64,000 nt of DNA, from assembly GCA_963782055.1 (NCBI GenBank), contig CAWAIF010000003.1, positions 5,600,001 to 5,664,000 of the forward strand, read 5' to 3'. Position 1 is the stretch's first letter. Each line of letters opens with the position of its first letter. Positions 9,404-19,151 of this stretch are shown piece by piece. The DNA is from an uncultured delta proteobacterium. GTDB lineage: Bacteria > Myxococcota_A > Polyangia > Polyangiales > Polyangiaceae. Under the pieces are notes generated by a model that was not told the origin of the DNA, searched no databases, and saw only the letters and a list, made by a program, of their open reading frames with translations. The translations under genes and the position numbers were made by a program.

Positions 9404-12342
9404 GGCAGCGTCCCGGTGGCGAGGAAGGTGGCGACCTGGAGCTGCGCCTTACCGGTCAGCGCGAGGCCCGCGCTGCCCTGCGGCGGCTGCAACAGGAAGC
9501 CGTCGCGCGTGGCGGGTGGCGCGCTGGTCGCGTCGAAGCCGTCCCCCGCCTCGGTGAACTGGTAACAGAAGAGCGGCGAGCTGCAGCCGTACCCGGGTGG
9601 CGTCGGGACGAAGGCGCGGTTCGCGCTCGCCACCAGCGCGAGGCTGGATGCGTCGGGGATGACCTGATCGCCCTCGATGAACTGCAGGAACGCCCGCCGC
9701 GCCGCGTTCGGCGCGGTGTACGTGTTGCCGCCGACGGTCACGTCCGCCGGGTGCGTGAGGCGATAGCCCATGTTGACCGGGTCCGCCGGGTCCAGGATCC
9801 ACTGCGCGACGCCGAGGAACTGGTCGAACGCCGGTGTGCCGGGCTGCAGGCCGAGCAGGCCGAGCTCGCCGAGGAGCGCCGTCTTCTGCGTGGCGAAGGC
9901 GGGTGCGGTCAGGATGAGCTGCACCAGCGATCCGCCGGGCGTGTTGAGCGCCACGCGGGTGGTGTCCGGCGCGACGGCGTTGAAGAGGGTGCCCAGGATG
10001 CTCCCCAGGTTCTGGCCGACGTAACCGATCTTCGTCGGGTCGAAGCCCGCGCCCGCCAGGTCGGCGAGGCTGCCGGTCCCCTGCCCTTCCACCACGCGCG
10101 CGAGCTGCGAGAGGTCGATGACGCTCTGCCGGAAGTTGTCACGCGACGCGAAGAAGTTGGTCAGGCTGAGCAGGTTCCATCCGGAGATGACGGGGCGCCC
10201 CGAGCTGTCGCGCAGGAAGTCGCCGCCCTCGCACTTCTGGTCGGCGGTCACGCAGCGGCCCTGCCCCTGCGAGGCGCAGAAGAGGTTGCCCGTCGGGTCG
10301 CCGCCGGTGGGACCGCAGGCGAGGCGGGTCGCGTCGAGGCGCGCCACGCAGCGGCCGATGAGCGGGTCCTCGTCGCATTTCTGGTTGACCGGATCGGCGC
10401 ACGACGCGTCGTCGGTCTGCTGCTGGGTGGCGGCCTTCGAGCCGGTGCAGGACGAGCGCTCACCGTGGAGGAGGGAGTCCGCCGCCAGGGTGGCCTGCCC
10501 CGCCTGCGCCAGGGAGTTGGCCAGGGCGATGGAGTCGTTGCGCGAGCGCGTGAAGGCGTGGCCGAAGATGGTCACCGGGTAGCCCGTCTGCGGCGCCGCG
10601 GTGGCGGGCAGGTAGAGCACGAAGGGCACCGGCTCGATCTTGGGGTTCTGCACGTCCAGCGTGCCCTGCGGCCCGGTGACCGCGACGGGCGTGAGCATCT
10701 CCCCGACATACACCTTGCCGATCGCGGAGAAGGGGATGCTGCCGGCGGACGCGATCGTCTGGTACTGCGTGGTCGCGTCGGCGATGTACAGCGGCTTGTC
10801 GGGCAGCACCTGCGCGAGCGACGGGCCGCGCGGGTAGGCGTAGAGCTGGTCGAGGATGCTCGCCTCCGACTGCGTGGTGAAGGCGAAGGCGAGCGCGACC
10901 TGGGTGCGCGCGACGCCCGCCGCCTGGAGGCCGTCGAACAGCGGCGACATGGCCAGGCGGAGCGGCTCGAGCTGCTGCGCCTGCGCGTCGGTGAGCAGGT
11001 TGATGGTGGTGTGGGTGCCGTCGAAGAGCGGGTGCGTGAGCCGGAGCATCGCGAAGATGGGGTTGGCGATGACCGGCTTGCCCGCGGTGTCGGCGACGCC
11101 GCTCGTGACGAAGGCCGCGTAGGTGGTCTGCTCGTCCAGCGGCGCGCGCAGGCTCCACTGGAGCTGCTGCGGCGAGGTCTGCGGGTTGCCGTTCGCGTCG
11201 GCGCTGGACATGCAGTTCAGGCACGGCGAAAACTGCGGCTGCGTCTGCTCCGCCTTGGGCGCCTGCGAGGCCACCGGGACCAGCCCGACCGAGGTGGTGC
11301 TGAGCGACTTGGGGTCGATCTCCGCCTGGGCGACCGCGCCGAGGGTGTCGGAGTTCTCGCTCACCGGCGGGGCGGTGGTGGAGAAGCCGTCCAGGGTGTT
11401 CAGGCCGCAGGTGATGGCGATCTGCGGGTCGGTCGGCGCGGCGCAGTCGGCGCTGGTGAGCGGCTGGAAGGTCTTGGGGTTGGGGAGGTTCACCTTCCCG
11501 CCGCTGCGCAGGACGTCGTTGGGGAAGGGCACGACGTTGTTGGCGGGGTCGAAGGTCGCCTCGCCGGCGTCGACGATGGTGAACGTCCACGCGATCGGGA
11601 TCATGTCGCGCGTGAGACCCTGCGCGGCGAGCGCGTCGAGCAGGGGCGCGTACGCGCGGCGGAGCTGCTCGAGCTGGATGGCGGTGGCGGTCTGGTCGGC
11701 GAGGCGCGCCGCCGGGTCGGTCTGAGCGGACGGGATGATGTCCACCGCAGGCTTGCAGTCGGGGGAGGTGAGGTCCTGGCACGTGACCAGCGGGGTGCTG
11801 CTGGAGACCAGCGCCCAGGTCTCCGAGCCGATGACATCCTCCCCCGCGGCGCCGCGCAGGCCGGTCGCGCCGCCGACGAGGACCGCCGCGTACTTGTGCG
11901 CGCGCGTCCAGGCCCCTCCAGGCGGCGGGATGGCGATCGCGCGGTTCGTCGCGTCGTAGACCGGCGTCACGGCCACCGGCGTCTGCGAGGGCGCTGCGGT
12001 GGTGCCCAGGTCGAAGACGAGCACCGTCTGCGGCGTGACCGTCGTGGGGTCCAGGTCCCCGCTCACCGTCACCTCCCCGGTGCTCTCGAAGGGGAACCCC
12101 GACAGCGTGCCGAGGTAGTCGGTCTCGAACTGCCGCTGCGCGTCGCTCTCCCCCGGGGTGGGCGGGACGACGATGAGCCCCGTCGACGGGTCCTTCGCGA
12201 GATCGTTGGGCGAGGGCACCACGGGGACCTCCGCCCCCGGGTCGAATTGCACCACGATCGTGGCGGATGGGGGCGGGTTCTGCGGCACGTTTGGCGCGCA
12301 GGCCGCGAGCAGCACGAGGAGAGGAGGAAGGAGGCGTTTCAC
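9400..12342 (-). CDS. Large lipoprotein, Pla-1/cef-type lipase family (two Ig-like/lipase N-terminal units plus alpha/beta-hydrolase); catalytic residues apparently substituted
   Basis: LAAC lipobox; repeated VPSPNDL/VPFPNDVL and LSGF/LDGFST; YPVTIFGH; RDNFRQSVIDL; GYVGQNLGSILG; QWILDPADPVN; ATGA overlap with fadL. Confidence 0.85.
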   Translation of the reverse strand: MKRLLPPLLVLLAACAPNVPQNPPPSATIVVQFDPGAEVPVVPSPNDLAKDPSTGLIVVPPTPGESDAQRQFETDYLGTLSGFPFESTGEVTVSGDLDPTTVTPQTVLVFDLGTTAAPSQTPVAVTPVYDATNRAIAIPPPGGAWTRAHKYAAVLVGGATGLRGAAGEDVIGSETWALVSSSTPLVTCQDLTSPDCKPAVDIIPSAQTDPAARLADQTATAIQLEQLRRAYAPLLDALAAQGLTRDMIPIAWTFTIVDAGEATFDPANNVVPFPNDVLRSGGKVNLPNPKTFQPLTSADCAAPTDPQIAITCGLNTLDGFSTTAPPVSENSDTLGAVAQAEIDPKSLSTTSVGLVPVASQAPKAEQTQPQFSPCLNCMSSADANGNPQTSPQQLQWSLRAPLDEQTTYAAFVTSGVADTAGKPVIANPIFAMLRLTHPLFDGTHTTINLLTDAQAQQLEPLRLAMSPLFDGLQAAGVARTQVALAFAFTTQSEASILDQLYAYPRGPSLAQVLPDKPLYIADATTQYQTIASAGSIPFSAIGKVYVGEMLTPVAVTGPQGTLDVQNPKIEPVPFVLYLPATAAPQTGYPVTIFGHAFTRSRNDSIALANSLAQAGQATLAADSLLHGERSSCTGSKAATQQQTDDASCADPVNQKCDEDPLIGRCVARLDATRLACGPTGGDPTGNLFCASQGQGRCVTADQKCEGGDFLRDSSGRPVISGWNLLSLTNFFASRDNFRQSVIDLSQLARVVEGQGTGSLADLAGAGFDPTKIGYVGQNLGSILGTLFNAVAPDTTRVALNTPGGSLVQLILTAPAFATQKTALLGELGLLGLQPGTPAFDQFLGVAQWILDPADPVNMGYRLTHPADVTVGGNTYTAPNAARRAFLQFIEGDQVIPDASSLALVASANRAFVPTPPGYGCSSPLFCYQFTEAGDGFDATSAPPATRDGFLLQPPQGSAGLALTGKAQLQVATFLATGTLP

Positions 12343-12499
12343 GACCTCAGCCCAAAGCAATGGACGGGCCAGTGGCCGAGGGCAGAGCGCTCACGCACGC
12401 TTTCGTGCTCACGTGCAGAATTCACACGCAGTCCGATCGCCCGGTGAGAATCGTTTGCGCCCGGCTCACGTCCGGCGAATAGCCGCGCCCGGACCCAAA

Positions 12500-12517
12500 C
12501 TATCACTATAGGGATAG
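12500..12517. promoter_or_regulatory. AT-rich near-perfect palindrome in the divergent intergenic region
   Basis: ctatcactatagggatag, one mismatched pair, flanked by ccca/tggg. Confidence 0.45.
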
Positions 12518-12549
12518 ACTGGGCGCGCGGATCATGCTGCGATGCGATC

Positions 12550-13413
12550 ATGCTGGCTCGCTCACTCGCGCTCGTCGCCTTCGCGCTCGTCTGGGGTTGC
12601 TCGGGGCCGGCGGGACCACCGGACACGGCGGGGGACGGCGGCGGCATGCCCGGGCCCGACGCTGGCGCCGCGCCTGACGGAGACCTCGCCGACGGCCCGA
12701 CGACCACCCACCAGGCGGAGGTCTACGTGCTCGACGGCATCGGCGGCGGCGTGGAAGGGAGCGCCAACTTCTACGACGGACCGGGCATCACCTACTTCGA
12801 TGTCGGCGATCACCCGGACATCTACGGGTGCGACCGCACCCGTGCAGGCGCGTGCGTGTTCCACGACAACAAGAAGTGCCTCGGCCCGCCGAGCGGCAGC
12901 GGGCGGTCCGCCGGGTCGATCACCATCGGCGATCCGGGCGGAGGGAGCCTGGTGCTGGACCCCTCGGCGCCGCCGGTCGACTACCCGGCGCAGTCGAGCA
13001 CCATGCTGTCGTGGCAGGCCGGCGACGCCGTGAGCGTGTCCGCCTCCGGCGCCGACGTCCCGCCGTTCGACGAGTCCGTCGCCTTCCCCGACACGACGAC
13101 GGTCTCGACGCCCACGGCCACCACCCCGGTCAGCCGCGCCGCCGATCTCCCCGTCGCGTGGACTCCCTTCGCACGGGGAACCGTGCACCTGGTGATCACC
13201 GATCAGACGGCGGCGGCTGTCGTGTGCTCCTTCCCGGGCGGCGACGGGTCCGGCAGCGTCCCGGCGAAGGTCCTCGCCCCGCTCGCCGCGGGGATGGGGG
13301 CGATCAAGATCAACACACGCGACGAGGCCAGCGTGATCACGGGCGACTGGACGGTCACGTTGGTGGCGCAGCGGTACCTGAACATCGGCGGCGGCAACAC
13401 GACGATCCAGTAG
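12550..13413 (+). CDS. Hypothetical lipoprotein
   Basis: VWGC lipobox, DAG linker, GSITI, ADLPVAW and GSVPAKVL motifs common in myxobacterial lipoproteins. Confidence 0.8.
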   Translation: MLARSLALVAFALVWGCSGPAGPPDTAGDGGGMPGPDAGAAPDGDLADGPTTTHQAEVYVLDGIGGGVEGSANFYDGPGITYFDVGDHPDIYGCDRTRAGACVFHDNKKCLGPPSGSGRSAGSITIGDPGGGSLVLDPSAPPVDYPAQSSTMLSWQAGDAVSVSASGADVPPFDESVAFPDTTTVSTPTATTPVSRAADLPVAWTPFARGTVHLVITDQTAAAVVCSFPGGDGSGSVPAKVLAPLAAGMGAIKINTRDEASVITGDWTVTLVAQRYLNIGGGNTTIQ

Positions 13414-13484
13414 TCGCCCGCCCTGCGGCCCGGGGCGTCCCGCGGCAGCCATGCCCTGCCGGGCCGCGTGATACCATCCACCGC

Positions 13485-15425
13485 ATGACGCGCTCCTGGC
13501 TGCGCACCGCCGGGCTCTCCTTCGCCACCGCCGTGATCATCGTCGCGTGCGGGTCGCGCACGGGCTTGCTCTCGCCGGAGCAGCCGCCCCCCGGGGACGC
13601 GTCGACCGATCAGACGCTGGACGTCACCGCCGAGGACGCGCCCCCGCTCGGCGACGGCCCCATCATCGAGGGCGGCCCGCTCGACGTCGCCACCGACTGC
13701 GGGCAGCCGCCCTACTGCGACCCGAACGACCTGGGCTACGTCTACCAGTGCGGCGAGCGCATCTTCCAGTGCAGCTCCCTCGAGCAGTGCTACGAGGGCA
13801 AGTGCCGCAACCCCTGCCTCGACACGCTCGGGCAGGACACCTCCAACGGCTGCGAGTTTTACGCCGCGGAGATGGACATGGTCCCCGAGGCGGCGGGCGT
13901 CTGCTACGCGGTCTTCATCGTCAACCAGTGGAAGACGGGCGAGCCGGCGCGCATCCAGGTCGATCGCGGCGGCACCATCCTGCCCATCGCGCAGTTCGCC
14001 CGCATCCCGCAGGGCTTCGGCACCGGCATCACCTACGGCCCGTACGACCCGAACCAGGGTCTGGCCAAGGACGAGATCGCCGTCCTCTTCCTGTCGCGCG
14101 ATCCGGCGGCGGAGAACGACGCCAACCCCATCTCCCCGCGCAAGCTCGCGGCGTGCCCGGCGGGCGTCACGCCGGCGGTCGTGGGTGACGCCTCGCTGCA
14201 CGGCACCGGCAAGGCGACGGGCACCAAGGGCGCCTTCCACATCAAGACCAACGTCCCCGTCGTCGCGTACTCCATGCTGCCCTTCGGCGCCGGGCGCGCG
14301 CGCGTCACCGGCGCGACCTTGCTCTTGCCGACCAACGTTTGGGGAGACAACTACGTCGCCGCCAACGCCTACGAGGCGCCCACCTCCTTCCAGGAAGATC
14401 GCGCCGGCCCGACGCTCATGGTCCTCGCCAAGCAGGACGCCACCACCGTGACGATCAAGCCGGTGGCGGACATCCTGGCCGGCGGCGGCCTCGGGGCCAC
14501 CACGAAGGGCACGACCGGCACCTACACGATCAACAAGGGCGAGTACCTGCAGTTCACCCAGCCGAGCGAGCTCACCGGCAGCCCCATCCAGGCCTCCAGC
14601 CCCGTCGCCGTCATCGGCGGCTCCACGCTGATGGACGTGCCCGTCACGCGCATCCGCGCCGACAGCGGCCACCAGATGCTGCCGCCGGTGAAGTCGCTGG
14701 GCCACGAGTACGTGGCGGTGCGCTACCGCTCGCGCAACACGCAGATCGACGAGTTCGAGCCGTATCGCATGGTCGGCGTGGTGGACGGCACCACCCTCAC
14801 CTACGAGCCGTCCACGCCCATCGGCGCGCCGGTCACCCTGAGCGCCGGGCAGGTGGTGGAGTTCCAGGAGGCGAACCCCTTCGTGGTGCGCAGCCAGGAC
14901 GCGCAGCACCCCTTCTACATGGCGCAGTACATGACGGGCGGCGAGCCGTACGACGGCACCGGCGATCCGGAGTTCGTCAACATCGTCACGCCGGCGCAGT
15001 ACCTGCCGCGCTACACCTTCTTCACCGATCCGACCTACCCCGAGACCAACCTGGTCATCGTGCGGCAGAAGGACGCGCAGCTCGGCTTCCCCGACGTCAC
15101 GCTGGACTGCGCGGGCACGCTCACCGGCTGGCAGGCGGTGGGCAACGGCGGCACCTACCAGTTCGTGCGCGTGGACCTCTCCACCGGAGACTTCCAGGGC
15201 GTCGGCAACTGCAACAACGGCGTGCACACCATCGAGGGCACCTTCAACGTCGATGGCGGCGCCGACCAGGCGCGCTTCGGCGTGACGGTCTGGGGCTGGG
15301 GCAACCCGGTGACGTGGGCGCCGGACGAGGAAGACAACCCCAAGTTCACGCGGTGGGTGAGCTACGCGTACCCCGCCGGGGCGAACATCGGGGAGCTCAA
15401 CTCGGTGATCTTCCCGGCCAAGTGA
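13485..15425 (+). CDS. IgGFc-binding-protein N-terminal domain lipoprotein
   Basis: IVACGSRT lipobox; GCEFYA, ATLLLPTNVWG, LTGSPI, PVAVIGG, GDPEF, SYAYPAG motifs. Confidence 0.88.
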   Translation: MTRSWLRTAGLSFATAVIIVACGSRTGLLSPEQPPPGDASTDQTLDVTAEDAPPLGDGPIIEGGPLDVATDCGQPPYCDPNDLGYVYQCGERIFQCSSLEQCYEGKCRNPCLDTLGQDTSNGCEFYAAEMDMVPEAAGVCYAVFIVNQWKTGEPARIQVDRGGTILPIAQFARIPQGFGTGITYGPYDPNQGLAKDEIAVLFLSRDPAAENDANPISPRKLAACPAGVTPAVVGDASLHGTGKATGTKGAFHIKTNVPVVAYSMLPFGAGRARVTGATLLLPTNVWGDNYVAANAYEAPTSFQEDRAGPTLMVLAKQDATTVTIKPVADILAGGGLGATTKGTTGTYTINKGEYLQFTQPSELTGSPIQASSPVAVIGGSTLMDVPVTRIRADSGHQMLPPVKSLGHEYVAVRYRSRNTQIDEFEPYRMVGVVDGTTLTYEPSTPIGAPVTLSAGQVVEFQEANPFVVRSQDAQHPFYMAQYMTGGEPYDGTGDPEFVNIVTPAQYLPRYTFFTDPTYPETNLVIVRQKDAQLGFPDVTLDCAGTLTGWQAVGNGGTYQFVRVDLSTGDFQGVGNCNNGVHTIEGTFNVDGGADQARFGVTVWGWGNPVTWAPDEEDNPKFTRWVSYAYPAGANIGELNSVIFPAK

Positions 15426-15492
15426 GGATCGCGCTGCGCGCGACGTATCGGATGGCGGGGTGTCTCGTGGCGATCGCGTCGGCGCTCGCCGC

Positions 15493-16329
15493 TCAGATCT
15501 CGGTCATCATCGTCGTGAGGATGTAGTCCGCGCAGAAGATGATGACGATGCTCGCGACGACGGCCTTCGCGGTCGCCTCGCCCACGCCGCGCGCGCCGCC
15601 GGAGGCGTAGAAGCCCTTCTTGCAGCAGATGACGCTGACGAGCGCGCCGAAGACGGTGGCCTTCACCAGGCACATCCGCACGTCCTTCCACTCCAGAAAC
15701 TGGCGGACGCGATCGAGGAACAGGCCCGGGTCGAGGCCCTGCCACACCACCGCGACGACGTAGGAGCCGGCCATGCCGGCGAGGCCGAAGAGCAGCGCCA
15801 GGAGCGGCAGGGTCAGGGTGCTCGCGACGACCCGCGGGACGACGAGGTACTGCACCGGGCTGACGCCCATCGTGGTGATGGCGTCGATCTGCTCGGTGAC
15901 GCGCATGTTGCCGAGCTCGCTCGCCATGGTGCTGCCCGCGCGCGCCGTCAGCACGACCGCCGCGAGGACGGGGGCGAGCTCGCGCGCCAGGGCCAGGGCG
16001 ACGACGCCGCCCACCATGTTCTCGGCGGAGAACTGCCGGAAGCCGACGATGGTGCTGACGGTGAAGGCCATACCGGTGAAGAGGCCGACCAGCCCGACGA
16101 TGAAGACCGACCCGGCGCCGACGAAGTCCAGCGCGGCGAGGGTCTGCGCGGCGCGAAAGGGCGGGCGCAGCAACCACGCCACCGTCTGCAGCGCCAGCGT
16201 CACGGTGCCCCCGATGTCGTCGAGCAGATCGACGAAGGGGGAGACGACGCGCCCGAGGAGCGCGCTCACGCTCCACTCGCTCCGGGGCGGTCCGGCGTCC
16301 ATCTCCGCGTTGGTCACGCGGCGGAGCAT
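15493..16329 (-). CDS. mlaE: MlaE family ABC transporter permease
   Basis: RELAPVL, ARAGSTMASELGNMRVTEQIDAI, GARGVGEATAKAVV; start uncertain. Confidence 0.93.
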   Translation of the reverse strand: MLRRVTNAEMDAGPPRSEWSVSALLGRVVSPFVDLLDDIGGTVTLALQTVAWLLRPPFRAAQTLAALDFVGAGSVFIVGLVGLFTGMAFTVSTIVGFRQFSAENMVGGVVALALARELAPVLAAVVLTARAGSTMASELGNMRVTEQIDAITTMGVSPVQYLVVPRVVASTLTLPLLALLFGLAGMAGSYVVAVVWQGLDPGLFLDRVRQFLEWKDVRMCLVKATVFGALVSVICCKKGFYASGGARGVGEATAKAVVASIVIIFCADYILTTMMTEI

Positions 16330-16407
16330 ACTGCACCTTCCGCGCGTGCGCCGCGTCCGCGCGCAGTTGGCCGCGCTTCCCGCGGCCACCTCGGCTACGC
16401 TCGGCCG

Positions 16408-17757
16408 ATGCACGGGCTCTGGACCATGGTGCGCGACGGCGGCTGGGGCGCGCTCTTCGCGCTCTTCCTCGGCGTGCTGGGCTTGTTGATCGCGCTGGGT
16501 GCCGTGGTCGCCCTCATGGCCTCACGCCGGGCGGGGTACTACGTCGGCGTGGCGGCGCTGCTGGTCGCGTCGCTCACCGCCGGCGTCGGCCTGCTCGGGA
16601 TGTCCATCGGCTGGCACAAGGTGCAGGCGGCGGCGGCGGGTGGGCTGGTGAGCGGCGTGACGCAGGAGCGCCTCCTCGAGGAGGGTTACCGCGAGGCGCA
16701 GGACTCGGCGAAGGTCGGCTTCGGTGCTGCGCTCCTGCCGCTCCTCCTCGGCGCGATCGCCGTGCTCGCCGGCGCCGGGGCCCGACGCAAGGATGCTCCG
16801 CCGCCGCAGGCGTGGCGCCCGCTCGGCGCCCCGCCGCCCCCCCCGGCGGGCGGGAACGGCGGCCGCTGGGCCTTCGGCAGCATCGCCATCCTGCTCGCCT
16901 TGATCACCAGCGGGGGCGCGCTCGCCGCGACCACCACCGACCCACCGAAGGGCAAGTACGACTTCGCCCCCGACGACACGGACGCGTGGAAGCTCGCCGA
17001 GGCGCGCGAGAACGCCGACAAGGATCCCGACGCGGGCTGCGATCAGCTCGACGACGTCCTCGCGCGCTTCTGGCTGGCGAGCGACCGCGACGAGTGGCCT
17101 CGTCACTTCGCGCGCGATCCCGCGACGCTCATCCCCGACTGGAAGACGACGGCGACCACCTGCGCGCGCCGCATCTGGGAGAACGTGAAGAAGGACGGGA
17201 CCTGGACGCGCCCGCCGGCGACCGGCGCCACGTGGGTCGCGGTGACGCCTCGCGACTGGGACAGAGCGCTGCTCCTGCAGTCTCCGCTCCTGGTGGACGA
17301 GGCGCTTCACGCCGAGATCCTCGCGGCGCCGACGCCGCTGGTGAAGCGGCAGCTCGGCGACGGCGGCATCACGCCCGACCTGCGCGACGTGCTGGGGGTG
17401 CTCGCCGGCGATGCGGGAGCGCCGCCGCCGAGCGCGAAGACCGTCACCGGCGCGACGTCGGTCAGCGGCCGGCTCCCCCCGGAGGTCATCCGGCGCATCG
17501 TGCAGCGACACATGGGGGCCATCCGCACGTGCTACTCCGACGGCCTGCGCAAGAATCCCGACCTCTCCGGGAAGGTGAACGTGAGCTTCGTCATCGGACG
17601 CGACGGCGACGTCACCAGCGCCAAGAGCACCGACTACACCCTGCCCGACGCTGCGGTGCGGGCGTGCATCGTGAAGGTGTTCCGGACGATGACCTTCCCC
17701 CAACCAGAGGGCGGCATCGTGACCGTCCACTATCCGATCGTCCTCGAGTCCACATGA
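16408..17757 (+). CDS. Membrane protein with C-terminal AgmX/PglI (TonB-C-like) domain
   Basis: Four N-terminal TM segments; SGRLPPEVIRRIV...IRTCY...GKVNVSFVIG...FPQPEGGIVTVHYPI. Confidence 0.85.
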   Translation: MHGLWTMVRDGGWGALFALFLGVLGLLIALGAVVALMASRRAGYYVGVAALLVASLTAGVGLLGMSIGWHKVQAAAAGGLVSGVTQERLLEEGYREAQDSAKVGFGAALLPLLLGAIAVLAGAGARRKDAPPPQAWRPLGAPPPPPAGGNGGRWAFGSIAILLALITSGGALAATTTDPPKGKYDFAPDDTDAWKLAEARENADKDPDAGCDQLDDVLARFWLASDRDEWPRHFARDPATLIPDWKTTATTCARRIWENVKKDGTWTRPPATGATWVAVTPRDWDRALLLQSPLLVDEALHAEILAAPTPLVKRQLGDGGITPDLRDVLGVLAGDAGAPPPSAKTVTGATSVSGRLPPEVIRRIVQRHMGAIRTCYSDGLRKNPDLSGKVNVSFVIGRDGDVTSAKSTDYTLPDAAVRACIVKVFRTMTFPQPEGGIVTVHYPIVLEST

Positions 17758-18377
17758 ACGCACGCTCCTCGCCCGCCGCGCTGCGCAACCGGGGCCCCAT
17801 CCTGGAGGTCCTGACGCGCGTTCTGCCCGCGCGCGGGCTGGTGCTGGAGATCGCCAGCGGCACGGGCGAGCACGCCGTCTTCTTCGCCCGCGGCCTGCCC
17901 GCGATCGAGTGGCAGCCCAGCGACGTCGACGCGGAGGCGCTGGAGAGCATCGCGGCGCGGCGGGAGGCCGAGCCGTCGCCCAACCTGCGGGCGCCGCTGC
18001 CGCTGGACGTGTGCGCGGCGGCGTGGCCCATCGCGCGCGCCGACGCCGTCTTCTGCGCCAACATGATCCACGCCTCGCCGCCCGAGACGACGCCAGGCCT
18101 CCTGCGCGGCGCGGCGCGCGTGCTGGAAGAAGGCGGGGTGCTCGTCACCTACGGCCCGTACCGGATCGGCGGCGCGCACACCGCAGAGAGCAACGTGGAG
18201 TTCGACGCGTGGCTCGAGGGGCGGGACCCGCGCTGGGGGGTGCGCGACCTGGAGGTCGTGGTGGAGGTGGCGGCCGGGGCGGGCCTCGTCCTGGAGGAGC
18301 GGGTGCCGATGCCGGCGAACAACTACGTGCTCGTGTTCCGCAAGGGCGCGGCCGCGCCTAGTAGAGGTACGGGATGA
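17754..18377 (+). CDS. DUF938 family SAM-dependent methyltransferase
   Basis: AALRNRGPIL, LEIASGTGEH, WQPSD, NMIH, YGPY, MPANN; ATGA overlap with upstream gene. Confidence 0.92.
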   Translation: MNARSSPAALRNRGPILEVLTRVLPARGLVLEIASGTGEHAVFFARGLPAIEWQPSDVDAEALESIAARREAEPSPNLRAPLPLDVCAAAWPIARADAVFCANMIHASPPETTPGLLRGAARVLEEGGVLVTYGPYRIGGAHTAESNVEFDAWLEGRDPRWGVRDLEVVVEVAAGAGLVLEERVPMPANNYVLVFRKGAAAPSRGTG

Positions 18378-19041
18378 AACGCTTGGTGTGGCGGGACCAC
18401 TCGCGGTAGGCGTCGCCGTAGTGGGACTCGAGGTAGCGGTCGAGCACCGGGATCTGCGAGAAGACGAAGCCGCCCACCTCGATCAGGACGATGACCGCGG
18501 ACCACGGGTTGCGCGTGACCAGCGCCCACGCCACGCCCCACACCGAATCGCCGAAGTAGTTGGGGTGGCGGCAGAGAGCGAAGAAGCCGCCGGTGAAGAG
18601 CTGGCCCCGGTGCTCGGGGTTCGCCTTGAAGGCGCGCCGCTGCAGCTCCGAGCCTGTGTTGAAGACGCTGCCGACGAAGAAGGCGACGAACCAGACCAGG
18701 TCCCACGTGCCCAGCGGGGCGGTGGCCCCCGCCCCGAGGAGGGCGAAGCCGCACTGGTAGACGCCGCTGGCGAAGATGACCGGCACCGCCTCGCTCCAGC
18801 CGAAGCGACGCTGGAGCAGGTACACGCCGGTGAGGGTCATCCGGACCCACAGCACCACGCCGAAGGCTGCGAGGACGATGCGCCGGCCGGCGTCCCCCGC
18901 CATCCACGTCCGGCCCACCCAGTGGCCGACCACCGCGTAGCCGCCACCGAGCAGGATCCACAGCGCGACGCCGAGCTCGGCCAGGTGCAGCACCACCCAG
19001 GTCCAGCGGGGTATCCGTGACGTCTCTTCCTGTCCGTGCAT
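18358..19041 (-). CDS. DUF1295 / steroid 5-alpha-reductase-like membrane protein
   Basis: Multiple TM segments; FKANPEHRG.LFTGGFF..CRHPNYFGD; YGDAY..W...TKRFIPY; AGGAG RBS. Confidence 0.88.
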   Translation of the reverse strand: MHGQEETSRIPRWTWVVLHLAELGVALWILLGGGYAVVGHWVGRTWMAGDAGRRIVLAAFGVVLWVRMTLTGVYLLQRRFGWSEAVPVIFASGVYQCGFALLGAGATAPLGTWDLVWFVAFFVGSVFNTGSELQRRAFKANPEHRGQLFTGGFFALCRHPNYFGDSVWGVAWALVTRNPWSAVIVLIEVGGFVFSQIPVLDRYLESHYGDAYREWSRHTKRFIPYLY

Positions 19042-19151
19042 GGCTCCTGTCTCCCGCGGTGGCTCCGGCGCAGCCACGTGTCCAGCATAGCGGCGACGAG
19101 CGGCGACCGCCTGCGACGGCGCGCCAATCTGCTGCGCGCACGCGCCAGCGC

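Noticed and set aside
15493..16329. mlaE without adjacent mlaF/mlaD as a novel system
   Set aside because: Split mla loci are not unusual and partners may lie elsewhere in the genome
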